Part shown: one piece after another, positions 43,298-53,218 of the stretch | How the letters are laid out: each line of letters begins with the position of its first letter | How positions within the stretch are numbered: position 1 is the first letter of the stretch | Source of the DNA: an uncultured delta proteobacterium | GTDB lineage: Bacteria > Myxococcota > B64-G9 | DNA length: 64,000 bases | NCBI GenBank assembly: GCA_963754925.1 | Contig: CAVWHX010000004.1 | Location: 1,312,001-1,376,000 of the forward strand | Direction of reading: 5' to 3' | Notes under the pieces: model-generated | The model's input: the letters and a program-made list of their open reading frames with translations, nothing else | What the model was told of the DNA's origin: nothing | Databases searched by the model: none | Made by a program: the position numbers and the translations under genes

Positions 43298-43669
43298 ATG
43301 AGATTTTCATTATTGCTATTTATTCTGATGAGAAAGATTAAGCGAGCGGTAAAAAAATATCCAGAAATGAAAGCCAAAGTTAAAGAAAAAAACTTTACCA
43401 TAGTAATTAAAACTGAGAACGGCAAACGAGGAAGGTTTTTTTCGTTTTCAGACGGCACGGTCGTTTCTGGCGACGTTAGAAAAGCCCCGTCATCTGACGT
43501 AGCTCTTGTCTGGAGGGATGCCGATATTGGATTTAAGGTAATGATAGTACAGAAAGACGAAGCATTTATGAAAGCCATCCAAAAAGGCGCACTAAAAATT
43601 CAGGGAGATATGAATTTACTTCCTGTCTTTATGAAAATAGTTAAGAAAGCGATGCAAAGAAATAAATAA
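43298..43669 (+). CDS. SCP2 sterol/lipid-binding domain protein
   Basis: FMKAIQKGALKIQGDM signature; small basic protein. Confidence 0.7.
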   Translation: MRFSLLLFILMRKIKRAVKKYPEMKAKVKEKNFTIVIKTENGKRGRFFSFSDGTVVSGDVRKAPSSDVALVWRDADIGFKVMIVQKDEAFMKAIQKGALKIQGDMNLLPVFMKIVKKAMQRNK

Positions 43670-43693
43670 TCGACTTATGATACATCATGTATT

Positions 43694-43881
43694 AGAGAGC
43701 ATTCAGAAATAACTCACCATCTTGTTTTATGTCTTTGTCAAGTATGGTTTCAACAAACCTATGACTTAATAAAAAATCTTGCAGCGAGTACCAACCGGTG
43801 GTAATGAGAGATCCAGTTTTTTTTCAGGAGCGGGTTAGAAGAGTTAAGTATCACGGTGAGTTATAGAATGAATGTTTCTCT
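43694..43881. mobile_element. possible MITE-like remnant
   Basis: Imperfect terminal inverted repeats GAGAGCATTCAGAAATAACTCACC / GGTGAGTTATAGAATGAATGTTTCTC around non-coding DNA. Confidence 0.35.
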
Positions 43882-43957
43882 TTCAACAACAACCACCAGA
43901 ATATGCTAATAGAATAACAAAAATCGAAATTGATAACATCTATGAGGAAGACTTGAT

Positions 43958-45433
43958 ATGCTCGAGTTTTTTTTCAACCAGATGGTGTGGCCATAATTGG
44001 AGCTTCGAATAATACTCGAAAAGGCGGTTTTCATATTGTTAAGAATGTGGTAGCGGGATACCGGGGCAGAGTTTATCCCGTAAATCCTAACTATGATGAA
44101 ATACTGGATCTTACCTGTTATCCTAACGTGGAATGCATTCCGGACAATTTCGATCTTGCCATTTACTTTATTCCATCACGCAAGCTGCCGGAAACGATAC
44201 TTGCCTGCGCAAAAAAAGGGGTGAAAGGTATTATTATCGAATCGGGAGGATTTGCCGAAGCCGGAGCCGATGGCGAAAGAATTCAAAAGCAAGCTCTTGA
44301 GAATGCAAATAAATGCGGAATCAGACTCTGGGGCCCTAATTGTATGGGATTCATGGACGCCCATACCTGGTATGTATTCTCATTTTTGCATCCACTCATT
44401 TGGCCCGATGTATTCAAACCGGGAAACGTTGGCCTCATCGTTCAAAGCGGCATGCTTTCAGCCGGTTTTATATTGGCAGCGCTCGAAGATGGAGTTATGG
44501 GCGTCAGCAAATCATGTTCGATAGGAAATAAATGTGATATAAACGAAAATGATATCCTTGAGTTTTTCATTCAAGACGATAAGACAGACGTCGTCGCATG
44601 TTATCTTGAATCATTGATTGACGGTAGGAAGTTTTTAGAGCTTGCGCGAAGCACCTCAAAACCGATAATCATGCTCATGGGGGGGCGGAGTAATGAAGGA
44701 TTCAACGCCGCCATGAGCCACACGGCAAGCCTTTCCGGCAACTATGCCATAACTCATGGCGCACTTAAGCAGGCTGGAATCATCGAGGTCTTCGAGCCGA
44801 GTGAACTCACCGACATGGCGCGCGCCTTTTCGAAAATAACATCCTATCGGCTAGACAGGGGCACCGCAGTCATGACTTTTTCCGGCGGTGCCGGGACCAT
44901 CACAACCGATCTTTTCGATGACTATGGGATACCATTAGCACAGCTTTCAGAAAAAAGTTTCACCGAGATAGGCGCTCTCTTTCCTGCCTGGATAAAACCG
45001 ACGCATCCACTCAACCTTTGGGTGGCGATTGAACAACGGGGTTATACAGAAGTCTATTTGAAGACGATGCAGGCACTCATCGCGGATCCTGCCGTCGATT
45101 CGATCATTTTGCAGGCGTATGCCACGCCCGAGATGAGCGACGAGTTTTTTGTAGAGGTTGGCGGTTTGATGAGAAAACATCAGGAAACCGATTATACTTT
45201 GGGTTGAAGGAAGAAAACGGTTGGTTGAGGACATGCGGAACGTTGCGGAACAGGCCGGAATACCGGCGTATCGGGATTTGGCCCGTTGTGTTTCTGTTCT
45301 TGGAGGGTTAAAAGAGACATTTTCAGAAAAAGATGTGCCGTTGACCTCGACTCATGGGGCACGATGGGTTTGGCGAAATATTCTCTTGACTCTCAAACAT
45401 AACAACGTTATCTTTCGCGCCGGAAAAAACTAA
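43958..45433 (+). CDS. NDP-forming acyl-CoA synthetase alpha-type subunit (CoA-binding); frameshifts near 43978 and 45184, true end uncertain
   Basis: VAIIGAS, YPVNP, GGFAE, GPNCMG, QSG, GNKCD, SHTASL, SGGAG. Confidence 0.85.
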
Positions 45434-45492
45434 CGGTCGTTGCTGCCATACCTTCATTGTTGATATATTAATTCGATTGAAAGGAGAACCCC

Positions 45493-46218
45493 GTGGCCAT
45501 CCTATCCTGGACAAAAGATGAGAACGTTGCGGTGCTCACGATGAGCAATGGTGAAAACCGGCAGAACCTTGCGTTCGCCACGGCCATGAACACCGCACTG
45601 GACGAGATAGTTGCCGATGCGTCGGTGCAGGCGCTCATTCTTACCTCAAGCGATGAAAAGAACTTCTCCCAAGGAGTGGATGTTCAATGGATCGCGTCGG
45701 CCTTTCAGAATGGCGAATTCCAGGAGATCAAAAAGTTCCTCTATGGCATGAATGAGGTGTTCAAGAAGTTGATGCTTGCGCCAATGCCCACCATTGCAGC
45801 AATCAATGGCCACGCGTATGGCAACGGCTCGATAATCTCCTGCGCGTGCGACTTTCGGTTCATGCGCGCTGACCGTGGCTTTTTCTGCTTTCCGGAAATA
45901 AATGTCGGGATACCCTTTTTCGTTGGCATGAACGCTTTTGTAAAGAAGGCTGTTCCGTATTACAAATTCGTTGAGATGCAGTTCACCGGCAACCGGTACA
46001 CCGCACCCGAGCTCGAACAGCACCACATCATCAGGAAGGCATGCGCCAACAAAGAAGAGCTCATGCAGGAGAGCCTGACCTTTGCAAAGACCTTTCAGAA
46101 GAAGCGCGGGATCTTCGGTGAAATGAAGAAGCGTATGTACCGTGACATCATTGAAATAATGGACACGGTGGATAAGTCTGTATCCATTGAGCCACTGGTA
46201 ACCATGATACCGGATTGA
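45493..46218 (+). CDS. enoyl-CoA hydratase/isomerase family protein
   Basis: FSQGVD, PTIAAINGHAYG.G, CDFR.M, PEINVGIP. Confidence 0.9.
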   Translation: MAILSWTKDENVAVLTMSNGENRQNLAFATAMNTALDEIVADASVQALILTSSDEKNFSQGVDVQWIASAFQNGEFQEIKKFLYGMNEVFKKLMLAPMPTIAAINGHAYGNGSIISCACDFRFMRADRGFFCFPEINVGIPFFVGMNAFVKKAVPYYKFVEMQFTGNRYTAPELEQHHIIRKACANKEELMQESLTFAKTFQKKRGIFGEMKKRMYRDIIEIMDTVDKSVSIEPLVTMIPD

Positions 46219-46238
46219 TCGATGGGGCTTTGCGCTCG

Positions 46239-46939
46239 ATGAGAAAAAACAATCGCGATCGAATTTTAAAAACGGCGCGGCAGCTCTTGCCTCGGTATGG
46301 ATACAACGGCATATCCATACGCGCCATCGCAGCCCGAGCTCGCCTTACCACCGGTGCCATTTACTTTCATTTTAAAGACAAGAAAGAGATCTACCGAACC
46401 ATCTGTCTCGAGGCCGTTGACATACTCATTAAGAAGTTTAGGGATGGCGTCCAGAGCCGCACCACACCAAACCAGAAACTCATATCGACCTTTGATTCTT
46501 ATATACGTTTTTTTTATGAACATCGCGAGCACTACAACATCTTGATGGAGTACAAAGCTCATTACCATCGTGATGAGTACCATCATGATCAGAGATCGCA
46601 CAGAAAATGCGTACGATGACCGACCTCATGGAGGAGACCATTCGTCAAGGAGTCGAGGAGGGAGCCTTCCGCGAGGTTGACGCGCGCATGCTGGCGATTC
46701 TGCTCGAGGCCGTGACCGAGGGTATGTTGCAACTCAAGAAGCTGGGTGTGTTCGAGAATCTCAAGATCACCGACGTTGATTTCAGGAAAGTTATGGGAGA
46801 AATCATCGGCAGGGGAATTCTCAATGATTCGAGAGAACAGGGGAACGCACCTACGGTGCCGCGGAAGATCTCCCCGAAGAGGACTGGCATGGCATCACTG
46901 CTGGCGTGTAGCGGTGATACTCAAAAGGAGCCGTCATGA
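46239..46939 (+). CDS. TetR family transcriptional regulator (frameshift near 46590)
   Basis: ILKTA..L....GY...SIRAIA..A.LT.GAIYFHFKDK; C-terminal half GVEEGAFR in the next frame. Confidence 0.85.
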
Positions 46940-47922
46940 AAACTGCCATAACCCAAATGTTCGGAATTAAGTATCCGATCATCTGCGGGGCCATGATGTG
47001 GTTATGCAAACCTAAGCTCTGCGCGGCTGTTTCGAACGCCGGGGGGATGGGCAATCTCACCGCCGGAAATTATGAAAGCGAGGACGAATTTCGTCGTGCC
47101 ATTTGGGAGACGCGCACGCTTACCGACAAACCTTTTATGGTAAACGTAACCCTGCTTCCCTCGGTGCACATAACCGCTGAACACCATACCATGTACCTAC
47201 GGGTTTGCGCCGAGGAGCGCGTCGCCGGATTAGAGATATCCGGCACGCCCCTCGATAAGGCGGTCGGAACAGACTACCTCGACATGCTCAAAAAAGCGGG
47301 GGTGAAACTCTTTCACAAGGTTGGGTCGGTGCGCCACGCGGTGCACGCCGAGAAAATTGGCTACGATGGCATCTATGCGGCTGGCATCGAGGAAGGCGGT
47401 CATCCTCTCAATGACGACGTGACCACCATGGTGCTGACGCCCCGCATCGCCGAGACGGTGAAGATTCCGGTGGTCGCGGTCGGTGGAATCGCCGACGGTC
47501 GCACCTTGGCGGCAGCCCTCTCCCTTGGAGCCCAGGGCGTGATGATGGCCACACGTTTCGTGGCCACCCAGGAGTGCGAGGTTCACGAGAACATCAAACG
47601 CGAACTCGTCAAACGCCAGGAGTACGAGACAACCCTCTTCTGCAAGTCCCTTGGTCTGCAGGGTAGGGCTATCAAAAATAAGGTTGTTGAAGAGGTGCTG
47701 GAGATTGAATCCAAGGGCTGCGATTTTTCTCAACTCATTCCGTTGATCTCGGGCAAACGGGTCAAAGAGGCATGGGAAACCGGCAATGTCGACAACGCAC
47801 CCATGATGATGGGGCAGTCGGTTGGTTTGGTGAAAGATATCCCAACGTGTAAGCAGCTTATCGAGCGGATGGTTTCAGAAGCACAAGCCGATATCAAACG
47901 AGTAGCGAATTTATTTGCGTAG
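46936..47922 (+). CDS. nitronate monooxygenase / FabK-like flavin oxidoreductase
   Basis: GIKYPII, AVSNAGG.G, TDKPF.VN, EEGGH, GGIADG, ATRF, GQSVG. Confidence 0.9.
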   Translation: MKTAITQMFGIKYPIICGAMMWLCKPKLCAAVSNAGGMGNLTAGNYESEDEFRRAIWETRTLTDKPFMVNVTLLPSVHITAEHHTMYLRVCAEERVAGLEISGTPLDKAVGTDYLDMLKKAGVKLFHKVGSVRHAVHAEKIGYDGIYAAGIEEGGHPLNDDVTTMVLTPRIAETVKIPVVAVGGIADGRTLAAALSLGAQGVMMATRFVATQECEVHENIKRELVKRQEYETTLFCKSLGLQGRAIKNKVVEEVLEIESKGCDFSQLIPLISGKRVKEAWETGNVDNAPMMMGQSVGLVKDIPTCKQLIERMVSEAQADIKRVANLFA

Positions 47923-47947
47923 GTTTTAGGAAAAAAGGAGCGCACCC

Positions 47948-48985
47948 ATGGAAACGAGAATCACAAAGCTGTTCGGAATAAAGTATCCCATCATTCTCCC
48001 CGGTATGAGCTGGATCAGCGTGCCGAACCTGGTGGCCGCCGTCTGCAATGCCGGCGGAATCGGCTGGCTTGCGACCGGGCCGCTCAACACCGATCAAACC
48101 AGGGAATCCGTAAAGCAGATCCGGAAGCTCACTGACAAACCCTTTGGGGCCGGCGTGACCCTGCTCATGCCGGGAGCTCGGGAGAACGCTGAGGTTCTTC
48201 TTGAAGAGAAGGTGCCCGTGATCAACGTGTCTCTCGGCAAGTGCGACTGGATTGCGGAACGTGCGCATAAATATGGCGGCAAGGTCATCGCCACGGTAGT
48301 TACCGAGAAACATGCCGTCGCCGCTCAGAAACAGGGCGCCGATGCCCTTCAGGTGACCGGCCATGAGGCGGCTGCCCATGGCGGCATGGTGACAACCCTG
48401 GTTCTCGTGCCGGCAATCACCAAGATAGTGAAGATACCGGTGGTAGCCATCGGCGGCCTGGCGGACGGGCATGGGCTTGCCGCCGCTTTGGCGTTGGGAG
48501 CCGATGCCATCGGCATGGGCACACGACTTTCGTTGACCAAGGAAAGTCCGGTCCATGATGCCACCAAACAGGCCGCGTTGAAAGCGGGCATCGATGATAC
48601 CCTCTATTCCGACCGCTTCGATGGACTCTATTGCCGGGTGATGAAAACCCCAGCCGCTGAAAAGGCTATTCGGAAGGGAATGAATTTACCGAGAGCGACC
48701 ATTGCTTCGTTCAGCATCGCCCGTTCGATGAAGCTTCCATGGCTTAAACTTTTCATCGGTCTTATGGCGCAGGGTCCCGCAACCATGCTTAAGCTCGCCC
48801 ATATGGCTGTCGCTTTTGGCCAGATACAGGCTGCCACCGAGGAAGGCGACCTGAAAAAAGGTGTCCACCTGACTGGTCAAGTGCAAGGATTGATCGATGA
48901 TATGCCGACGGTCGCCGAGGTCATTGAGCGGACCATCAAAGAAGCGAAGGAAGTTTACCAACATATTGGAGCCGTGCTGAACTAA
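47948..48985 (+). CDS. nitronate monooxygenase / FabK-like flavin oxidoreductase
   Basis: GIKYPII, NAGG.G, TDKPFG, EAAAH, GGLADG, GTR, GQVQG. Confidence 0.9.
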   Translation: METRITKLFGIKYPIILPGMSWISVPNLVAAVCNAGGIGWLATGPLNTDQTRESVKQIRKLTDKPFGAGVTLLMPGARENAEVLLEEKVPVINVSLGKCDWIAERAHKYGGKVIATVVTEKHAVAAQKQGADALQVTGHEAAAHGGMVTTLVLVPAITKIVKIPVVAIGGLADGHGLAAALALGADAIGMGTRLSLTKESPVHDATKQAALKAGIDDTLYSDRFDGLYCRVMKTPAAEKAIRKGMNLPRATIASFSIARSMKLPWLKLFIGLMAQGPATMLKLAHMAVAFGQIQAATEEGDLKKGVHLTGQVQGLIDDMPTVAEVIERTIKEAKEVYQHIGAVLN

Positions 48986-49831
48986 CACGCGTGCCCCGTT
49001 TGAGAGAAGCAGATAGAGGAAATAATTTTACAATTTGAGCGTAATTATTAATATTATACGGTAAAAATAATATATCATTGGATTAAAAGAGCACCCTTTA
49101 TTATGATCAACCGTGCCTATGGTTGATGATAGCCAAACACATTTTATTGAGTATGTCTCAAATCCACTCGATAATTTAATTATTTATGTTATTAATCAAT
49201 ATATTATAAAATATATTGATGCCCCGTTATTGAGTTTCAAATTGCATCTTCAGAGAATAAACCGTTTCATGGCCTAACAACGTATCTAGTCATAAACTTT
49301 TGTAAGTGTCTTTTTTGACTTCATTATCAATCTTAATTTCTATTAAAAAAAATAGCATAAAATGCGATTTTTTATTAAAATTTTTTATTCCTTTGTTTAT
49401 GGGCAATTAGCTTTAATCTGGACCAGGTAACAAGTCGCCACAATTATGACCTAGTATTAATTTATTTAATTTTTATTTCAGTAAGTTATGACAATTTTTC
49501 AATGAATTCAAGTCCGCAGAGGTCGGTACTATTTTTATGCTGATGAAAAAATAAATCATTGACATCGGATTCACGAAGTGTTTTATTCCCTTCCACGGAT
49601 AGTAGTTATTTTTATGGTCACCAAGGAGCAAAAGAGAACCCCAATGCTTACGTTCTGCTTTTCTGCTAGATCGGAAATTTTGAAGGGTCCTAGGGACCGA
49701 GGAGGTGAACTACTTGAGATTTTACCAGACAGGACAAATGTGAATGCAGGGTACTCACTAAAACTGCCTACACGTGCGTTTGTCTAGAATCCAACCCCAT
49801 ACGGGGTAACCGCTAAGCAAGGAGGAGTTCC

Positions 49832-51967
49832 ATGAGGTCATTTTTTCTATGGGTATTTTTGGGAATGGTAGTAGTAGCCTTTGCCGGCTGTGCGAACGGC
49901 CTCGTAGGGCAAGGACCATCAGGCACGGTAACAACTAAATTAACCGTCGCGCCAGGTGTCGATGAAACCCAAATCAATTACACGATCACGGGAAACGGCA
50001 TTGATCCCCTCACGGGCACCATTCAGGTGGTATCCAACCCCGTGACCGCGGATATAGCCCCTATTCCGGTGGGGTCTGGTTACACCATCACGCTTGCTAC
50101 CGCCGATGGAATCTGCACCGGCTCTGCGACATTCGACGTGGTGGCGAGCCAAACGACGACGGTGGCGGTACCGATACAGTGTTCGACCACCCCCCCGAGA
50201 GGTAGCGTGTCGGTTACCGGCACATTCCTCGCGTGCCCCACGGTCGGCTCCATGGTGGTATCGCCGACCTCGGTAGCGGTTGGGAGCACGATTCAAGTGA
50301 ACGCGAGCGCTCAGAACCTTGGCCAGGGCACCCTGACCTACGCGTGGACTGCCACGAGCGACGGCACGTTTGCGAATCCAGCAACGGCTATGACTACCTA
50401 CCTGTGCGCCACAACGGGTACGAAGACATTGACCATAACGGTAAGCAACGTAAACTGCACCGATTCGCTGTCGGTTGACGTTACGTGCGGCCAAGGCGGA
50501 GGCCCGGTTTGCGGCGACGGTATCGTCTCTGGCAACGAGAAATGCGACACCGCCATAGCCGCGGGTCAGACAGGCGCTTGCCCGACGAGCTGCAATCCTG
50601 GCACCGATCCGTGCAACCCGGTCAAACTCCAGGGCACTGGTTGTCAGGCTGCATGCGTGGCTACGCCGATAACCGTGGCCGTCTGCGGCGACGGTTGTGT
50701 TACCCCTCCCGAGACGTGTGAGCCGCCGAACACAGCGACCTGCGACGCCACCTGCCATACCATCGTCCAACCTACCTGCGGCAACGGCGTGGTGGACACC
50801 GGCGAGACCTGCGACACCGCCATAGCCGCGGGCCAGCCGGGCGCGTGCCCAACGAGCTGCGCGGCTCCCAACGCGTGCACAACCTCGACGCTTCAAAACG
50901 CGGGCACCTGCACAGCAGCATGCGTTAATACGCCGATCGTGCCTTGCTGCGGCAACGGCGTAGTGGAGACCGGCGAGACCTGCGACACCGCAATTGCTGC
51001 CGGTCAACCGGGCGCCTGCCCAACGAGCTGCACCCCCCCCGACACTTGCACCACCTCCACGTTACAGAACAACGGAACCTGCACGGCCGCGTGCGTCAAT
51101 GGTACACCGATCACGACCTGCAGTGGCAGTACGAAAGACGGCTGCTGCCCTGCTGGCTGCACCAATTGCAATGACAGCGACTGTAGTGGCACCTGTAATC
51201 CCTGTGTACTTGCAAATTGCACCGGACCCGATTTGAGCGGCACCTGGATCACCCGCGTTACGACCACGGGCACCATCACCGCGCCAAGCCCCGTCGGCAC
51301 GCTAACGGGCGCCACCATTGACGTCGTACAGCGCATGGTTATCAGCAACGACCTCACCGCCTGCACGACGACCGCACAGTTTGAGATCTGCTCATTGAGC
51401 ACTACCGCTACCAGCCCCATTCCGTTTAGCGTTACCTACACGCCAGCGGTGCTTGCGTCGCTGAGCGGGTCGGCATCGGAGGCGGGTGTGTGTTACCAAG
51501 TGGGCCAAACGGTAGCGTTCCCGAGCTTCACGATCAACAGCGGTTGGGGTGGACCACCGCCGCCGACTACCAATACCTGTCCGGCCCCTCCATCGACCTT
51601 GACCTATCCGTACCCAGCCGGCACCCTACCCACGACCTGCTCCGGGGCGATTGATTCGGACGGGGACGGCGTCTACGGTATCACGCTCCCGACCACGATC
51701 TTTGGGGCGTTGAACCTTGATGCGTTTGCTGGCCTTACCATGAATATATCGCTTGCCAACATGGTACTGACAAACGCGACCACCAACACCGGCACCACGT
51801 CCTTCCCGAGCACGGGCTACATTTTTGGTAGCACGGCCGGGGCGACGGGGGCCCTCAACGTCGTGCCAGCCTCTAACGCTGTTCCAGTCACCGCCATCAA
51901 GTTGACCGGTGATGTGCCCTGCGCCACGGTTCTGACGCACTGCACAGGCGCAGCCTGCGTTCCTTAA
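49832..51967 (+). CDS. surface lipoprotein with Ig/PKD-like domains and myxobacterial-type cysteine-rich repeats
   Basis: AAGGAGG RBS, lipobox FAGC, repeats CG[DN]G.V..[GN]E.CDTAIAAGQ.GACPTSC three times, Thr/Cys-rich. Confidence 0.8.
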   Translation: MRSFFLWVFLGMVVVAFAGCANGLVGQGPSGTVTTKLTVAPGVDETQINYTITGNGIDPLTGTIQVVSNPVTADIAPIPVGSGYTITLATADGICTGSATFDVVASQTTTVAVPIQCSTTPPRGSVSVTGTFLACPTVGSMVVSPTSVAVGSTIQVNASAQNLGQGTLTYAWTATSDGTFANPATAMTTYLCATTGTKTLTITVSNVNCTDSLSVDVTCGQGGGPVCGDGIVSGNEKCDTAIAAGQTGACPTSCNPGTDPCNPVKLQGTGCQAACVATPITVAVCGDGCVTPPETCEPPNTATCDATCHTIVQPTCGNGVVDTGETCDTAIAAGQPGACPTSCAAPNACTTSTLQNAGTCTAACVNTPIVPCCGNGVVETGETCDTAIAAGQPGACPTSCTPPDTCTTSTLQNNGTCTAACVNGTPITTCSGSTKDGCCPAGCTNCNDSDCSGTCNPCVLANCTGPDLSGTWITRVTTTGTITAPSPVGTLTGATIDVVQRMVISNDLTACTTTAQFEICSLSTTATSPIPFSVTYTPAVLASLSGSASEAGVCYQVGQTVAFPSFTINSGWGGPPPPTTNTCPAPPSTLTYPYPAGTLPTTCSGAIDSDGDGVYGITLPTTIFGALNLDAFAGLTMNISLANMVLTNATTNTGTTSFPSTGYIFGSTAGATGALNVVPASNAVPVTAIKLTGDVPCATVLTHCTGAACVP

Positions 51968-51994
51968 TATCCTAACGATGTTCTAAGGTTATCC

Positions 51995-52030
51995 AAGCGC
52001 CGGTCCATCCGTGGACCGGCGCTTTTCTTT
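51995..52030 (+). terminator. rho-independent terminator
   Basis: AAGCGCCGGTCCA-TCCG-TGGACCGGCGCTT followed by T-rich tract. Confidence 0.85.
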
Positions 52031-52494
52031 AGATCGAAATTTATTTATCCCATAGGTTACAACTGCCCCCAACATAGCCTTTAAAATTAATAGTACCAAT
52101 TATTGTTATTCATCCTATCACAATTCTGGTAATGAAAAGTAATACAGCAAAAAAGTATATAACTAGCTATAATATAATAATATTATTTACAATACACTAA
52201 ATATCTTTTTGCTGATTTTTTCAACATTAACTGAAATTTTCCTATTGACTTTAGTGGTACGAAGTGGTTAATTCCATATATTATAGTTGCGTAACGTATT
52301 TTATTTTAGAAGGTCCTAAAAGGGATTTCAATGCCTGCGCGTCGGATTATAAGCAACTTGAAACGTTCCATTGGCTTAAGAGATAGGAGTGGTAGTAAAC
52401 CATAATTGATTCAGCCGGACAAATTGATGATTGCAAGGGCTCTCGTGGTTTCTTGCACATCAATATGTCCAAACCATAAACCTGGAGGAATGTC

Positions 52495-53193
52495 ATGATG
52501 AAAGACCGAAAGATTGGTTCTCTGTTAGCCGTGTTGTTGGTGAGCGCAGCGCTTCTTTCTGCCTGCGGTAAGATCAACCTTCCCACGTTGTTGGTATTGG
52601 ATCCGGCGGCGTCAAATACTATGAGTATCACTCTCCCGACATCCCTTGGTAGCGGGACGGTGGTAAGCAATCTCGTCGGTAACGTGGAGACGACCGTTAC
52701 CCTCGATACCTCCAAATTGATAGCGCCCCAGGGTATAGCCGCGACGGTCACCGTGAACAGTTTCGCCACGGCAGGTAGCGCCATAATGCTTGGCTCTATC
52801 TCGAGCGGCACGCTGTGCACGTCCATAGCGACAGGCGCAACAGCGGGCGGCGTCGCCTACCTGCGGCCCTTGATCTTCAAGGATGCCACCTTCGAACTTA
52901 CCATCCCCACGGATACAACGTCCGCAAGCGCGATAGTGAATAAACTCATCCCGCCCATTCCCCTGACGCTCAACCTCGATGCCAAGGTCAGCCTCGACCT
53001 CATGGGTTTGATCAATCTCGCGCTCGAGGGGACTGGACTGAACATGCATCAGGTGCTCAACCTGACAATTCCGTCCACTATCCCACTTCTCGGCGGGTCC
53101 GCAGTGGTATTGGATACGACACTCAAGAGCACCAAGACGGCGGTTACCGACCCGATGCTCGACGCGTGCGCGGCTGCTCTGGCGGGAAGCTAA
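52495..53193 (+). CDS. hypothetical lipoprotein
   Basis: GGAGG RBS, lipobox LSAC, beta-rich aliphatic/Thr body; no family recognised. Confidence 0.7.
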   Translation: MMKDRKIGSLLAVLLVSAALLSACGKINLPTLLVLDPAASNTMSITLPTSLGSGTVVSNLVGNVETTVTLDTSKLIAPQGIAATVTVNSFATAGSAIMLGSISSGTLCTSIATGATAGGVAYLRPLIFKDATFELTIPTDTTSASAIVNKLIPPIPLTLNLDAKVSLDLMGLINLALEGTGLNMHQVLNLTIPSTIPLLGGSAVVLDTTLKSTKTAVTDPMLDACAAALAGS

Positions 53194-53218
53194 ATCCCGT
53201 AGTAGCAGAATCCATCCA

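Noticed and set aside
49600..49830. Known riboswitch in the lipoprotein leader
   Set aside because: No c-di-GMP, SAM, TPP or cobalamin consensus recognised by eye; an Rfam scan is needed
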